DNA of 64,000 nt from NCBI GenBank assembly GCA_012295275.1, contig CM022669.1, positions 10,168,001 to 10,232,000 of the forward strand, in the 5' to 3' direction. Every line of letters starts with the position of its first letter. Positions within the stretch are counted from its first letter, which is position 1. A program made the position numbers and the translations under genes. The DNA is from Chrysomallon squamiferum. Lineage: Eukaryota > Animalia > Mollusca. The notes beneath the pieces are model-generated. The model was given only the letters and a program-made list of their open reading frames with translations. It made no database searches and had not been told where the DNA came from. Positions 1 to 13,300 of the stretch are shown piece after piece.

Positions 1-136
1 AAAATATAGCTCACCTCACCAACCTATTCTGACAATCATTTGTATGCCATGTGACCTTAACTCTAATTTTAGTTGTAATCAGTTGATCACAGAGACAGGT
101 GAGCCATTCTCAGATTTAAATACAGTGCCACAGAAT

Positions 137-1393
137 TAAGGGTGACCATGACAGGTTGAACAATGGGGCAGGTCAGGCCATTTAACAATTAACCTTATAG
201 AAATTAGTGTCTTACCATTTTTTGTATCCACTTATTGTTTTAGATTAGACAGATCTGCCATTGACGTTATAGAGCTACTTGATACGGGCGACTATTCAAG
301 CTGTCCAAGAGATGTTCTCTGATTTAGCACTTTAAACATTGTTTTTCGGAACATTCAACTTCTTACATGCAGCTAAAGATTATTTACTTTGAAATGTAAT
401 CTCTGTGTTGTAGAATTAAGAAAACGCTTAGAAATAAGATTACATCTGATTTATTTATTTATTTTCTGACAGATGATAAGAACATACCAAAAGAAGGGCA
501 ATCAAGACTGATGTCAATAGACGTCTTGGAATGTGTTGTAGAGAATGTTATAGAAGGAATATCGCTGCAAAACATAGTTGAAGCTTTTCATGAAAGAAAC
601 GTTAAGACGTGCTTTTGAGAAAAGGCGACGGGGTCAAGAGTTAAACTCCTTTCCACAAAGCTGTGAGACATGACAACTTATCACAGAAGAAATGGAGGAC
701 ACATTGACTCGATATATACTAGCAACATCAATTTCCAGCTGCATGGATCGAAAATGGGATAGAAATCATCAACGTTTCTATTATTCCAAGCTGTTGCTCA
801 GGCTGTGCTTGTGCTCTCTCATTTTTAAAACTAATTTGAGTGTATTTATTATGACTATAATACCTTGTCTCAATTTGTCTCACGTTAACCGTGATAAACT
901 ATTTTCGTATATATTTTCATTTAACCGTTTTCCAGTCCAACAGAGCCATTTTATGTGCAAAAAGCACATTTTCATGAAATTGTATCAACTTGTCGAGTGA
1001 CAATAAATATTTTCGTTTTCATTTTATCATACAATTTTATGTTGTTGATTTTGATTTAAATGTTTATCAGTTGTTTTCCAAGTTATTTTGAAATAAATCA
1101 TATATTTTGTGCTTATTTAAGAGTGTTTATATTGTAAAAGATGCATTGCCGCAAGATACCCCCAAGGTGACCCAACCGGCCCCAGACGGGTTAGGCTGGG
1201 CCAGTTTGGGTATGTATCATTAACCATTAATTATTAAAAGGGAGTAACAAATGAGGATATTTCAAACATTTGTAATTGCTCCTAAATAATGAAAATTTCT
1301 TTTAATCCATTATAAGGCTTTGTTTTCCGATCTGAACTTGGATTATAGGTTAAAATGTCTAAACTGACTCAACCTGTCCCGGTCTCCACTACA
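137..1393 (+). mobile_element. Decayed non-autonomous pogo/Tigger-like (Tc1/mariner superfamily) DNA transposon
   Basis: The left end TAAGGGTGACCATGACAGGTTGA (~137-159) matches the reverse complement of the right end (TAGTGGAGACCGGGACAGGTTGA, ~1369-1392) at 18/23 positions by eye. Frameshifted internal translation from ATG 473 gives MIRTYQKKG../MSIDVLECVVENVIEGISLQNIVEAF and LITEEMEDTLTRYILA, resembling the psq-type and CENP-B-type HTH N-terminus of pogo-like transposases. No DDE domain is visible. Partial copies of the right end occur at ~3780-3895 and ~6270-6410. Confidence 0.5.
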
Positions 1394-1449
1394 ATGAATA
1401 AAAATGATTATGGTGGTGGGAGGGATTGTATATTTCCCCCCCTCTTTTA

Positions 1450-3029
1450 TGCAGCAGTACTGTCTCATGTAAAGAAATAGGAGATCATGCTTCAATGTAA
1501 AGGCACCATTGTAGGCAAACTTCGTGATAAACAGAAGGACCTGGCTACCAGATTATTATCGAACATTATCAAGCCAGATGCTTTGAAAGAGCTGATTGCC
1601 AAGAGGCTTTAGGCCTGTATGTCTCTGATTTATAAAAAAATTATTAGTCTACTTTAAATATATCATATCTTATCATACAGATAATAATTCTATTCTTCTC
1701 TCACCCCGCTGGGTATGTTGGGTGGGTGAAAATAAAGACAAATGTCTGAAAGAAATTCACAGTTGTTTATTTAAAACGTTTCTTGAATGCAGTGGATTGC
1801 TGCTGGCAGATCTTTTGACCAAACAGAACGAGTCTCTAGAAAATACTGATGTGATGGAATGTTAGAAAAATGTGAACTTCTCGTACGACGAAATAGTGAA
1901 TGAATTGTTGTGGAAAATATTAGTCTTTTGGGGAAATTTTTATTTTTTCTAACCACCTAAATTAATTAATTAATTCGCTGTTTATGACTACATGAGTAAT
2001 GCAGTAATTGTCATTTACAAATATATAAAATATATAAAATAAAATTTCAAACGCTTTAACTATCACTTACAAATATATAAGATATATAAGATAAAATTTT
2101 TAAAACTTTAGCATCGGAAAATATCTTTTCATTTTAAAAAGATTTAGCATAACTACGTTAGATACAAAATAAAAACAGTCTTACCCCTTTCCATGTTGTA
2201 AATACTGTAAATATTGTAGCTGTTTGTAATACTGGTTACAGCTAACGGAATGCCGAGGTATCAAAGATATTCAGGTTATATCAGAAATAACTGAAAAGAC
2301 GCGCATAATATTTTTACAAGTTCAGTCATGTTTTATCTATAGGTGGATCTTTTCATTATGATTATTATTTTCTAATGAATAAAGTGACAGATAGATACTG
2401 TAAATCAGAGATCTACAGCTCAGTCCAGATAAATAATCTTAGATGTAACATATGAAATAGTAAATGCACCTCAGACAGTTGTATTCTTTTCTATATTATT
2501 TTCTAATTAATACAGGGTCAGTTAATTCATTATAAACCAGAGATCTGTACCGTGTTGCATTGAAAGAACCTGAGATAAAAAACAGGATAATATGAAATGT
2601 TAAACGTACCTGAGACAATTGTGTTTATTCTTTCAAATTAGTTTATCACTGTTTTGGAGAGGTATAATAGCTCACAGTAATGAATGCCATCAAATTAACA
2701 CTGTTAAAAAAGATTTGAACGTCGCCATTTTAAACCTTACGTCAAGTTATGACTGTTTTTTTTTTTTTTTTTTTTTTTTTGAGGGGGGGGCAGTTGATTT
2801 TTTTATTGCTTTTTTTTAAAAAACTTTTTGTTCTTGATTTTGTTTCTTTCAGGGATACAAGAAGAATCTTTTTAGTAAATCGACTACAGATACTGAACTT
2901 AAATGTGTGTGTGTGTGTGTAAATTATGACGGTAAACCGTTTTTTATCTAATGCAGTAGGGACCTTAACCATACCCTAATAAGCCTTCGATCAACATATA
3001 TAACTAAATAACTAACTAACTAACTAACA

Positions 3030-3065
<36 letters not shown>

Positions 3066-3429
3066 ATTTTCTAAAACTTTAACATTCGGAAATATATGTT
3101 GAATTTAAAATGACCTTTTACTTGAAGCCATGTTAAATGACTGTACATTTTTAACAGTATTGGTATATTTAAATAAAGAAACTAATCACTAATATGGAAA
3201 TGAAGGTCTGTGTGTCAATGATACACCGAAACCAGTAAATATTTCCGTAAACGTGTTCAAACTTGTTAACTGCCGAGTCACCGACAGTTTATATGTCCTT
3301 ATGTCAACGACGCTATAGCAATAAATAATAACAGAAAATATTAATTTTAAATCAGAAACAAATAAGCGACGAACCTAAATGGAGGGAAGAAAAAGAGAAG
3401 ATAATAATTAATTCTTATGTGAATATTTG

Positions 3430-3482
<53 letters not shown>

Positions 3483-5738
3483 ATAAGAATTTAGTAATGA
3501 GTGTGGCGAATTCACGCTCCATCTTGGTAATATATTAATAGGGATAAAATAAATGAATCCAGTGATCAATCAGTCAACATCCATTTAGCCTTAAAGTGAG
3601 TTTTCGTTCACTTTTACTGGAATCTTAATCTGTGACAAATATAAACAGGTCAACAACGTCGTCAAAGGGTATTTGTAAAATAAATTCGAATGTTTATCAC
3701 TTGCTTTCCAACTTATTTTGATATAAATCACCTATTTTGTTATATGAGAGTATTTATCTTGTATATGATACACTACTAGAGGTGACCCAGGGTGACCCAA
3801 CCTGCCCCAGCCGGGTTAGACAGGTCAGTTTGGGCATGTGTCTTTAACCATTAATTATTAAAAGAGAATAACAAATCAAGAGATTTCAACCATTTAGTGT
3901 CCAACTCCGACCTAACAAATGGCTCCGACTCCTATTTGTTAATTGTAATACGTAAGTTTCTCTATACTCATCATACTTTCAGTTATTCTATCATTTTATC
4001 AGAGTAATCCATCTGAACAGAGAACTGCCTGTTTGAAAATCATGTTTGTTTTGTTGTACGTGTAACAAAAGAGTAAGCATAGAAAACTATTTTAACACTG
4101 TGTATGTAAGATTATTTTATTAGTACAATGCGGTAAATCTCTCATATTTTATCAAACACATAATAATGCTTTTCTTCTCACTCGAAAAATCATTTTTCAA
4201 ATCGAACTGATTAATTAGTTTTTATGGTAATGCAGTAACTGTAATTTACAAATATATAAGATGTAAAAATAATTATAATTTCTAAATGTCTATCTGGTTA
4301 CGTCAATTACAGTTTTCATATTAAAGTTCTAAAGTAGATCTGTTACTGAAATTACAACAGTTCATTTAATGCCTAGCAGTTTCAGCTTTTGAAAACAAAC
4401 AAACAAATATTCAAAATTAAATATATGAATAAATAAATAGATACAATTTCTAATACTTTAACATTGGTAACTATATGTTGAGTTTAAAATGACATTTTAC
4501 TTGAAGCGATGCTGTAAGAATAACTTCTGAAACAATTTTCTTGTTAAACGATTGTACATTTTTTAACAGTATTGGTATTTTTAAATAAAGAAAATAATTT
4601 AGAAAAGAAGTAGAGTGTGTCATCGATACACCGAAACCAGTAAATATTTCCGTTAACGTTTTCAAACTTGTAAATTATATATTTTAATTCCCTAGATAAA
4701 AAATAAAAAAGAGTCTTACCCCTTTCCATTTTGTTATTACTGTAAATATTGTAGCTGTTTGTTATACTATTTACAGCTAACGGAATGGCGAGGTGTCAAG
4801 CATACAAAGGTTATATTAGAAAAATAATTAAGAAAACGCGCATAATATTTTTATATGTTTAGTCATTTTTTCTATAGCGGGATCTTTTTTTCTTTTGTAT
4901 TTTCTAATAAATAAAGGTCAGTTAATCTACTGGAGACCGTGATCTGAACCGTGAGTTCAATGAAAGAATCTGAGATCAAAAATAGGTTAACACGAAATGT
5001 TAAACGTACCTGAAACAATTGTGTTTATTCTTTCAAAATAGTATATCAGTGTTTTGGGGAGGTATGATCGTTTACATCATTGATTAATTGTAATACATAA
5101 GTTTCTACGTCCACATCATGCTTTCTGTTATTTTGTCATTTTATCAGAGTAATCAGTCTGAACAGATAGCTGCCAGTTTGAAAATCATACGTTTGTTTTG
5201 TCCTACGTATAACAAAACGTGTGTGTAGGTTTTTCTCCTTATTTTGTGCAGCAGTACTGTGTCATCTAAAGAAATAGGGGTTCATGTTTCTGTGTAAAGG
5301 CAACATTGTGGGAAACCTTCGTGATGAACAGAAACAGCTGGCTATCAGATTATTATCCAACTTTATCAAGACAGACATTTTGAAAGAGCTGATTACAAAG
5401 AAGCTAGAGACGCGCTCGTTATGTTGTGTGGGTGAAAATAAAGATGAATTTCTCAAAGAAATTCTAAGTTGTTTATCTACAACGTTTCTTGAATGGAGTG
5501 GATTGCTTTTTTTTTTTTTTTTTTTTTTAAACTTTTTGTTTTTGTTTTTGTTTCAGGAATACAAGAAGAATCTTTTTCGTAAATCGACTACAGATACGGT
5601 ACTTAAATGTTTGTGTGTGTATATATAAATTATGACGGTAAACCGTTTTTTATATAAAGCAGTAGGGCCCTTAACCATACCCTAATAAGCCTTCGATCAA
5701 CATATATAACTAAATAACTAACTAACTAACTAACTAAC

Positions 5739-5782
<44 letters not shown>

Positions 5783-7363
5783 ATTTTCTAAAACTTTAAC
5801 ATTAGGAAATATATGTTGAATTTAAAATGATCTTTTACTTGAAGCCATGTTAAATGACTGTACATTTTTAACAGTATTGATATATTTAAATAAAGAAAAT
5901 AATCACTAATATCGAAACGAAGGACTATGTGTCATTGATACACCGAAACCATTAAATATTTCCCTTAACGTGTTCAAACTTGTTAATTGCCAAGTCACCG
6001 ACAGTTTACATGTCCTTATGTCAACGACGCTTTAGCAATAAATAATAACAGAAAATATTAAATTTTAAAAACTAAATAAATGATGAGCCTTAGTTGGGGG
6101 AAGAAAAAGAGAAGATAATAATTAATTCTTATGTGAATATTTGTTATTATTATTATTATTTTTATTATTATAAGAATTCACGCTCCATCTTGGTAATATA
6201 TTAATAGGAATAAAGTGAATGAATCCTGTGATCAATCGGTCAACGACGCTTCAGCAATAAACAATAACAGGATATTTCAAACATTTGTAATTTCTTCTAA
6301 ATAATCAAAGTTTCTTTTAATCCACTATAAAGGTTTGTTTTTCGATCTGTATTTGAATTAGCGGTTAAAATGACAAAACGTGACTCAACCTGTCCCGGTG
6401 TCCACAACAATGAACATAAATGATTCTGACGGAGGAATTTTGTGGGGGGGGGTTAGTGTGGTTTTTGATTTTTGATTTTTTTTTGTGTGTGTGTGTGGTT
6501 TTTTTCCCGCTCTTTTGCGAAGAAGTACTGTATCATCTAAAGAAACAGGGGATCATGTTTCAGGGAAAGGACACTATCGTGGGGAAACTTCGTGCTGAAC
6601 AGAAAGACCAGACTATCAGATTTGTATCGATTTGAAAGAGCTGATTTCAAAGAGGTTATAGGCCTGTATGGGTCTGATTTATCAAAACAATTATTATAGT
6701 ACTTTAAAGACATCATATTTTGTCATACAAATAATAATGCTATTGTTCTCTATTCCAAGCTGGTTATGTTGGATTTCTCAAAGAAATTCACAGTTGTTTA
6801 TTTGAAACGTTTCTTGAATGCAGTGGACTGCTGCTGACAGATATTTTGACCAAACAGAACGAGTCTCTAGAAAATACTGATGCATTGGAATGTTAGAAAA
6901 ATGTGATCTTCATTTGCAACAAAATAGCGAATGAGGTACTGGGTTAAAAATTGGTCTTTTTAGGAAATGTTCTATTTTTCCAAATTTTCTGCATTAATTA
7001 ATTAATTCCTTGTTTATGAATATATGACTAATGTAATAACACTCTTTTATAAATGTATAATATGTATAAAATAAAATTTCGAACATTTTAGCATCGGAAA
7101 ATATCTATTCAGTTTTAAAAGGATTTCTTACCTAAATCCATGTTGTAATAAAATATACTTCGTTACAAGATCCGAATTGAATTTAATAAAATTACTCATA
7201 TTTTTTGATCTTTTATCGCTGATATACATTTAGCATAACTACTCTAGATAAAAATAAAAACAGTCTTAACACTTTCCATCTTGTAAATATTGTAGCTGTT
7301 TGTAATACTGTCTAGAATCAAATGGCGAGAAATCAAGGATATGCAGACTATATAAGAAAAATA
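1450..7363. repeat. Mosaic of local segmental duplications (2-3 shuffled copies of several AT-rich blocks)
   Basis: Directly visible repeats: ~1450-1990 vs ~6520-7020 (partial at ~5248-5505); ~2840-3660 vs ~5550-6250; ~2170-2680 vs ~4700-5070 (partial at ~7250-7363); ~3940-4070 vs ~5080-5215; ~3060-3270 vs ~4445-4670 vs ~5780-5990. Confidence 0.85.
1454..1910 (+). pseudogene. Two pseudo-exons of an unidentified alpha-helical protein gene (copy 1 of 3; others at ~5251-5505 and ~6523-6935)
   Basis: Acceptor-like TTTTATGCAG precedes a frame AVLSHVKK*EIMLQCKGTIVGKLRDKQKDLATRLLSNIIKPDALKELIAKRL*A, ending at donor-like GCCT|GTATGT. A second block reads VGENKDKCLKEIHSCLFKTFLECSGLLLADLLTKQNESLENTDVMEC*KNVNFSYDEIVNE. 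The copies carry stops, deletions or truncations. Product not recognised. Confidence 0.45.
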
Positions 7364-10300
7364 AACGAGTTGTTCCCTTGGGTGGGGCGTGCGGCACTTT
7401 TGACCCGTGTCGGGCAACCCTTGCCCCACTTTTGGGTATGTGCGCCCGATTTTTCCCACGTGCTCGGAATTATTGCACTGTTCCGTTTTGAAAAAGGTAC
7501 CCCTAGTAAAAATTTTCTTTGAAAACGAAAAAAAATTTTCTTGTCGGAAAAAAAATTCGATTTTCTTTGAAAAAGTTGAAAATCCGTGTGAAAACACTGT
7601 TCCGTTTGGTCGGGAAAAATATTTCGACGTGTGCAAAACGTGCGCGCCGTCGGGGCGAGTGTGGCAAAAACGTTTCCAACATTTACCAAAGGTGCTGCAC
7701 CTTTTGAAAATGCGTTTGAAAAAAATCGAGCAAATTTTCAAAAACATGTGCGTTTTTTGTGCACGTGTCGGAAACGAGTTGTTCCCCTTGGGTGGGGCGT
7801 GCGGCACTTTTGACCCGTGTCGGGCAACCCTTGCCCCACTTTTGGGTATGTGCGCCCGATTTTTCCCACGTGCTCGGAAAAAGTTATTGCACTTTGAAAA
7901 AGGTACCCCTAGCATTTTCAACGAAACTTGAAAAAATTCGATTTTCAAAAGTTGAAAATCCGTGTGGCACTGTTCCGTTTGGTCGGGAAAAATATTTCGA
8001 CGTGTGCAAAACGTGCGCGCCGTCGGGGCGAGTGTGGCAAAAACGTTTCCAACATTTACCAAAGGTGCTGCACCTTTTGAAAATGCGTTTGAAAAAAAAT
8101 CGAGCAAATTTTCAAAAACATGTGCGTTTTTTGTGCACGTGTCGGAAACGAGTTGTTCCCCTTGGGTGGGGCGTGCGGCACTTTTGACCCGTGTCGGGCA
8201 ACCCTTGCCCCACTTTTGGGTATGTGCGCCCGATTTTTCCCACGTGCTCGGAAAAAGTTATTGCACTTTGAAAAAGGTACCCCTAGCATTTTCAACGAAA
8301 CTTGAAAAAATTCGATTTTCAAAAGTTGAAAATCCGTGTGGCACTGTTCCGTTTGGTCGGGAAAAATATTTCGACGTGTGCAAAACGTGCGCGCCGTCGG
8401 GGCGAGTGTGGCAAAAACGTTTCCAACATTTACCAAAGGTGCTGCACCTTTTGAAAATGCGTTTGAAAAAAATCGAGCAAATTTTTCAAAAACATGTGCG
8501 TTTTTTTGTGCACGTGTCGGAAACGAGTTGTTCCCCTTGGGTGGGGCGTGCGGCACTTTTGACCCGTGTCGGGCAACCCTTGCCCCACTTTTGGGTATGT
8601 GCGCCCGATTTTTCCCACGTGCTCGGAAAAAGTTATTGCACTTTGAAAAAGGTACCCCTAGCATTTTCAACGAAACTTGAAAAAATTCGATTTTCAAAAG
8701 TTGAAAATCCGTGTGGCACTGTTCCGTTTGGTCGGGAAAAATATTTCGACGTGTGCAAAACGTGCGCGCCGTCGGGGCGAGTGTGGCAAAAACGTTTCCA
8801 ACATTTACCAAAGGTGCTGCACCTTTTGAAAATGCGTTTGAAAAAAATCGAGCAAATTTTCAAAAACATGTGCGTTTTTTGTGCACGTGTCGGAAACGAG
8901 TTGTTCCCCTTGGGTGGGGCGTGCGGCACTTTTGACCCGTGTCGGGCAACCCTTGCCCCACTTTTGGGTATGTGCGCCCGATTTTTCCCACGTGCTCGGA
9001 AAAGTTATTGCACTTTGAAAAAGGTACCCCTAGCATTTTCAACGAAACTTGAAAAAATTCGATTTTCAAAAGTTGAAAATCCGTGTGGCACTGTTCCGTT
9101 TGGTCGGAAAAATATTTCGACGTGTGCAAAACGTGCGCGCCGTCGGGGCGAGTGTGACGAAAAAACGTTTCCAACATTTACCAAAGGTGCTGCACCTTTT
9201 GAAAATGCGTTTGAAAAAAAATCGAGCAAATTTTCAAAAACATGTGCGTTTTTTGTGCACGTGTCGGAAACGAGTTGTTCCCCTTGGGTGGGGCGTGCGG
9301 CACTTTTGACCCGTGTCGGGCAACCCTTGCCCCACTTTTGGGTATGTGCGCCCGATTTTTCCCACGTGCTCGGAAAAGTTATTGCACTTTGAAAAAAAGG
9401 TACCCCTAGCATTTTCAACGAAACTTGAAAAATTCGATTTTCAAAAGTTGAAAATCCGTGTGGCACTGTTCCGTTTGGTCGGGAAAAATATTTCGACGTG
9501 TGCAAAACGTGCGCGCCGTCGGGGCGAGTGTGGCAAAAACGTTTCCAACATTTACCAAAGGTGCTGCACCTTTTGAAAATGCGTTTGAAAAAAATCGAGC
9601 AAATTTTCAAAACATGTGCGTTTTTTTGTGCACGTGTCGGAAACGAGTTGTTCCCCTTGGGTGGGGCGTGCGGCACTTTTGACCCGTGTCGGGCAACCCT
9701 TGCCCCACTTTTGGGTATGTGCGCCCGATTTTTCCCACGTGCTCGGAAAAAGTTATTGCACTTTGAAAAAGGTACCCCTAGCATTTTCAACGAAACTTGA
9801 AAAAATTCGATTTTCAAAAGTTGAAAATCCGTGTGGCACTGTTCCGTTTGGTCGGGAAAAATATTTCGACGTGTGCAAAACGTGCGCGCCGTCGGGGCGA
9901 GTGTGGCAAAAACGTTTCCAACATTTACCAAAGGTGCTGCACCTTTTGAAAATGCGTTTGAAAAAAAATCGAGCAAATTTTCAAAAACATGTGCTTTTTT
10001 TGTGCACGTGTCGGAAACGAGTTGTTCCCCTTGGGTGGGGCGTGCGGCACTTTTGACCCGTGTCGGGCAACCCTTGCCCCACTTTTGGGTATGTGCGCCC
10101 GATTTTTTCCCACGTGCTCGGAAAAAGTTATTGCACTTTGAAAAAAAGGTACCCCTAGCATTTTCAACGAAACTTGAAAAAATTCGATTTTCAAAAGTTG
10201 AAAATCCGTGTGGCACTGTTCCGTTTGGTCGGGAAAAATATTTCGACGTGTGCAAAACGTGCGCGCCGTCGGGGCGAGTGTGGCAAAAACGTTTCCAACA

Positions 10301-13300
10301 TTTACCAAAGGTGCTGCACCTTTTGAAAATGCGTTTGAAAAAAAAATCGAGCAAATTTTCAAAAACATGTGCGTTTTTTGTGCACGTGTCGGAAACGAGT
10401 TGTTCCCCTTGGGTGGGGCGTGCGGCACTTTTGACCCGTGTCGGGCAACCCTTGCCCCACTTTTGGGTCGGGCGATTTTTCCCACGTGCTCGGAAAAAGT
10501 TATTGCACTTTGAAAAAGGTACCCCTAGCATTTTCAACGAAACTTGAAAAAATTCGATTTTCAAAAGTTGAAAATCCAGATCGGACGATTTTCGGGAAAA
10601 ATATTTCGTGCCTCGGCAAAAAAATTTTATTGCACTTTGAAAATGCGTTTGAAAAAAAATCGAGCATTTTCAATGTGCGTTTTTGAAACGTGTTGAAAAA
10701 ATTCGATTTTCAAAAGTTGAAAATCCGTGTGGCAACCCTGCCCCCACTTTTGGGTATTCCGATTTTTGGTCGGAAAAAAATATTTCGACGTGAAAAAAAC
10801 GTGCGGTTGAAAATCCGTGTGGCACTATTCCGTTTGGTCGGGGGACGAGTGTGCGCAAAACGTTTCCAACATTTACCAAAGGTGCTGCCTTTTGAAAATG
10901 CGTTTGAAAAAATCGAGCAAATTTTCAAAAAAACATGTGTTTTTTTGTGCACGTGTCGGAAACGAGTTGTTCCCCTTGGGTGGGGCGTGCGGCACTTTTG
11001 ACCCGTGTCGGGCAACCCTTGCCCCACTTTTGGGTATGTGCGCCCGATTTTTCCCACGTGCTCGGAAAAAGTTATTGCACTTTGAAAAAGGTACCCCTAG
11101 CATTTTCAACGAAACTTGAAAAAATTCGATTTTCAAAAGTTGAAAATCCGTGTGGCACTGTTCCGTTTGGTCGGGAAAAATATTTCGACGTGTGCAAAAC
11201 GTGCGCGCCGTCGGGGCGAGTGTGGCAAAAACGTTTCCAACATTTACCAAAGGTGCTGCACCTTTTGAAAATGCGTTTGAAAAAAAATCGAGCAAATTTT
11301 CAAAAACATGTGCGTTTTTTGTGCACGTGTCGGAAACGAGTTGTTCCCCTTGGGTGGGGCGTGCGGCACTTTTGACCCGTGTCGGGCAACCCTTGCCCCA
11401 CTTTTGGGTATGTGCGCCCGATTTTTCCCACGTGCTCGGAAAAAGTTATTGCACTTTGAAAAAGGTACCCCTAGCATTTTCAACGAAACTTGAAAAAATT
11501 CGATTTTCAAAAGTTGAAAATCCGTGTGGCACTGTTCCGTTTGGTCGGGAAAAATATTTCGACGTGTGCAAAACGTGCGCGCCGTCGGGGCGAGTGTGGC
11601 AAAAACGTTTCCAACATTTACCAAAGGTGCTGCACCTTTTGAAAATGCGTTTGAAAAAAAAAAAAATCGAGCAAATTCAAAAAAACATGTGCGTTTTTGT
11701 GCACGTGTCGGAAACGAGTTGTTCCCCTTGGGTGGGGCGTGCGGCACTTTTGACCCGTGTCGGGCACCCTTGCCCCACTTTTGGGTATGTGCGCCCGATT
11801 TTTCCCACGTGCTCGGAAAAAGTTATTGCACTTTGGAAAAGGTACCCCTAGCATTTTCAACGAAACTTGAAAAAATTCGATTTTTCAAAAGTTGAAAATC
11901 CGTGTGGCACTGTTCCGTTTGGTCGGGAAAAATATTTCGACGTGTGCAAAACGTGCGCGCCGTCGGGGCGAGTGTGGCAAAAACGTTTCCAACATTTACC
12001 AAAGGTGCTGCACCTTTTGAAAATGCGTTTGAAAAAATCGAGCAAATTTTCAAAAACATGTGCGTTTTTGTGCACGTGTCGGAAACGAGTTGTTCCCCTT
12101 GGGTGGGGCGTGCGGCACTTTTGACCCGTGTCGGGCAACCCTTGCCCCACTTTTGGGTATGTGCGCCCGATTTTCCCACGTGCTCGGAAAAAGTTATTGC
12201 ACTTTGAAAAAAGGTACCCCTAGCATTTTCAACGAAACTTGAAAAAATTCGATTTTCAAAAGTTGAAAATCCGTGTGGCACTGTTCCGTTTGGTCGGGAA
12301 AAATATTTCGACGTGTGCAAAACGTGCGCGCCGTCGGGGCGAGTGTGGCAAAAACGTTTCCAACATTTACCAAAGGTGCTGCACCTTTTGAAAATGCGTT
12401 TGAAAAAAAATCGAGCAAATTTTCAAAAACATGTGCGTTTTTTGTGCACGTGTCGGAAACGAGTTGTTCCCCTTGGGTGGGGCGTGCGGCACTTTTGACC
12501 CGTGTCGGGCAACCCTTACCCCACTTTTGGGTATGTGCGCCCGATTTTTCCCACGTGCTCGGAAAAAGTTATTGCACTTTGAAAAAAGGTACCCCTAGCA
12601 TTTTCAACGAAACTTGAAAAATTCGATTTTCAAAGTTGAAAATCCGTGTGGCACTGTTCCGTTTGGTCGGGAAAAATATTTCGACGTGTGCAAAACGTGC
12701 GCGCCGTCGGGGCGAGTGTGGCAAAAACGTTTCCAACATTTACCAAAGGTGCTGCACCTTTTGAAAATGCGTTTTGAAAAAAAAATCGAGCAAATTTTCA
12801 AAAAACATGTGCGTTTTTGTGCGTGTCGGAAACGAGTTGTTCCCCTTGGGTGGGGCGTGCGGCACTTTTGACCCGTGTCGGGCAACCCTTGCCCACTTTT
12901 GGGTATGTGCGCCCGATTTTTCCCACGTGCTCGGAAAAAGTTATTGCACTTTGAAAAAGGTACCCCTAGCATTTTCAACGAAACTTGAAAAATTCGATTT
13001 TCAAAAGTTGAAAATCCGTGTGGCACTGTTCCGTTTGGTCGGGAAAAATATTTCGACGTGTGCAAAACGTGCGCGCCGTCGGGGCGAGTGTGGCAAAAAC
13101 GTTTCCAACATTTACCAAAGGTGCTGCACCTTTTGAAAATGCGTTTGAAAAAAAATCGAGCAAATTTTCAAAAACATGTGCGTTTTTTGTGCACGTGTCG
13201 GAAACGAGTTGTTCCCCTTGGGTGGGGCGTGCGGCACTTTTGACCCGTGTCGGGCAACCCTTGCCCCACTTTTGGGTATGTGCGCCCGATTTTTCCCACG

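Noticed and set aside
7970-7990. CENP-B box-like motifs in the monomer (TTCCGTTTGGTCGGGA; minus-strand TTTCGTTGAAAATGCTA)
   Set aside because: Only 7/9 and 6/9 of the essential positions match, which is not enough to call.
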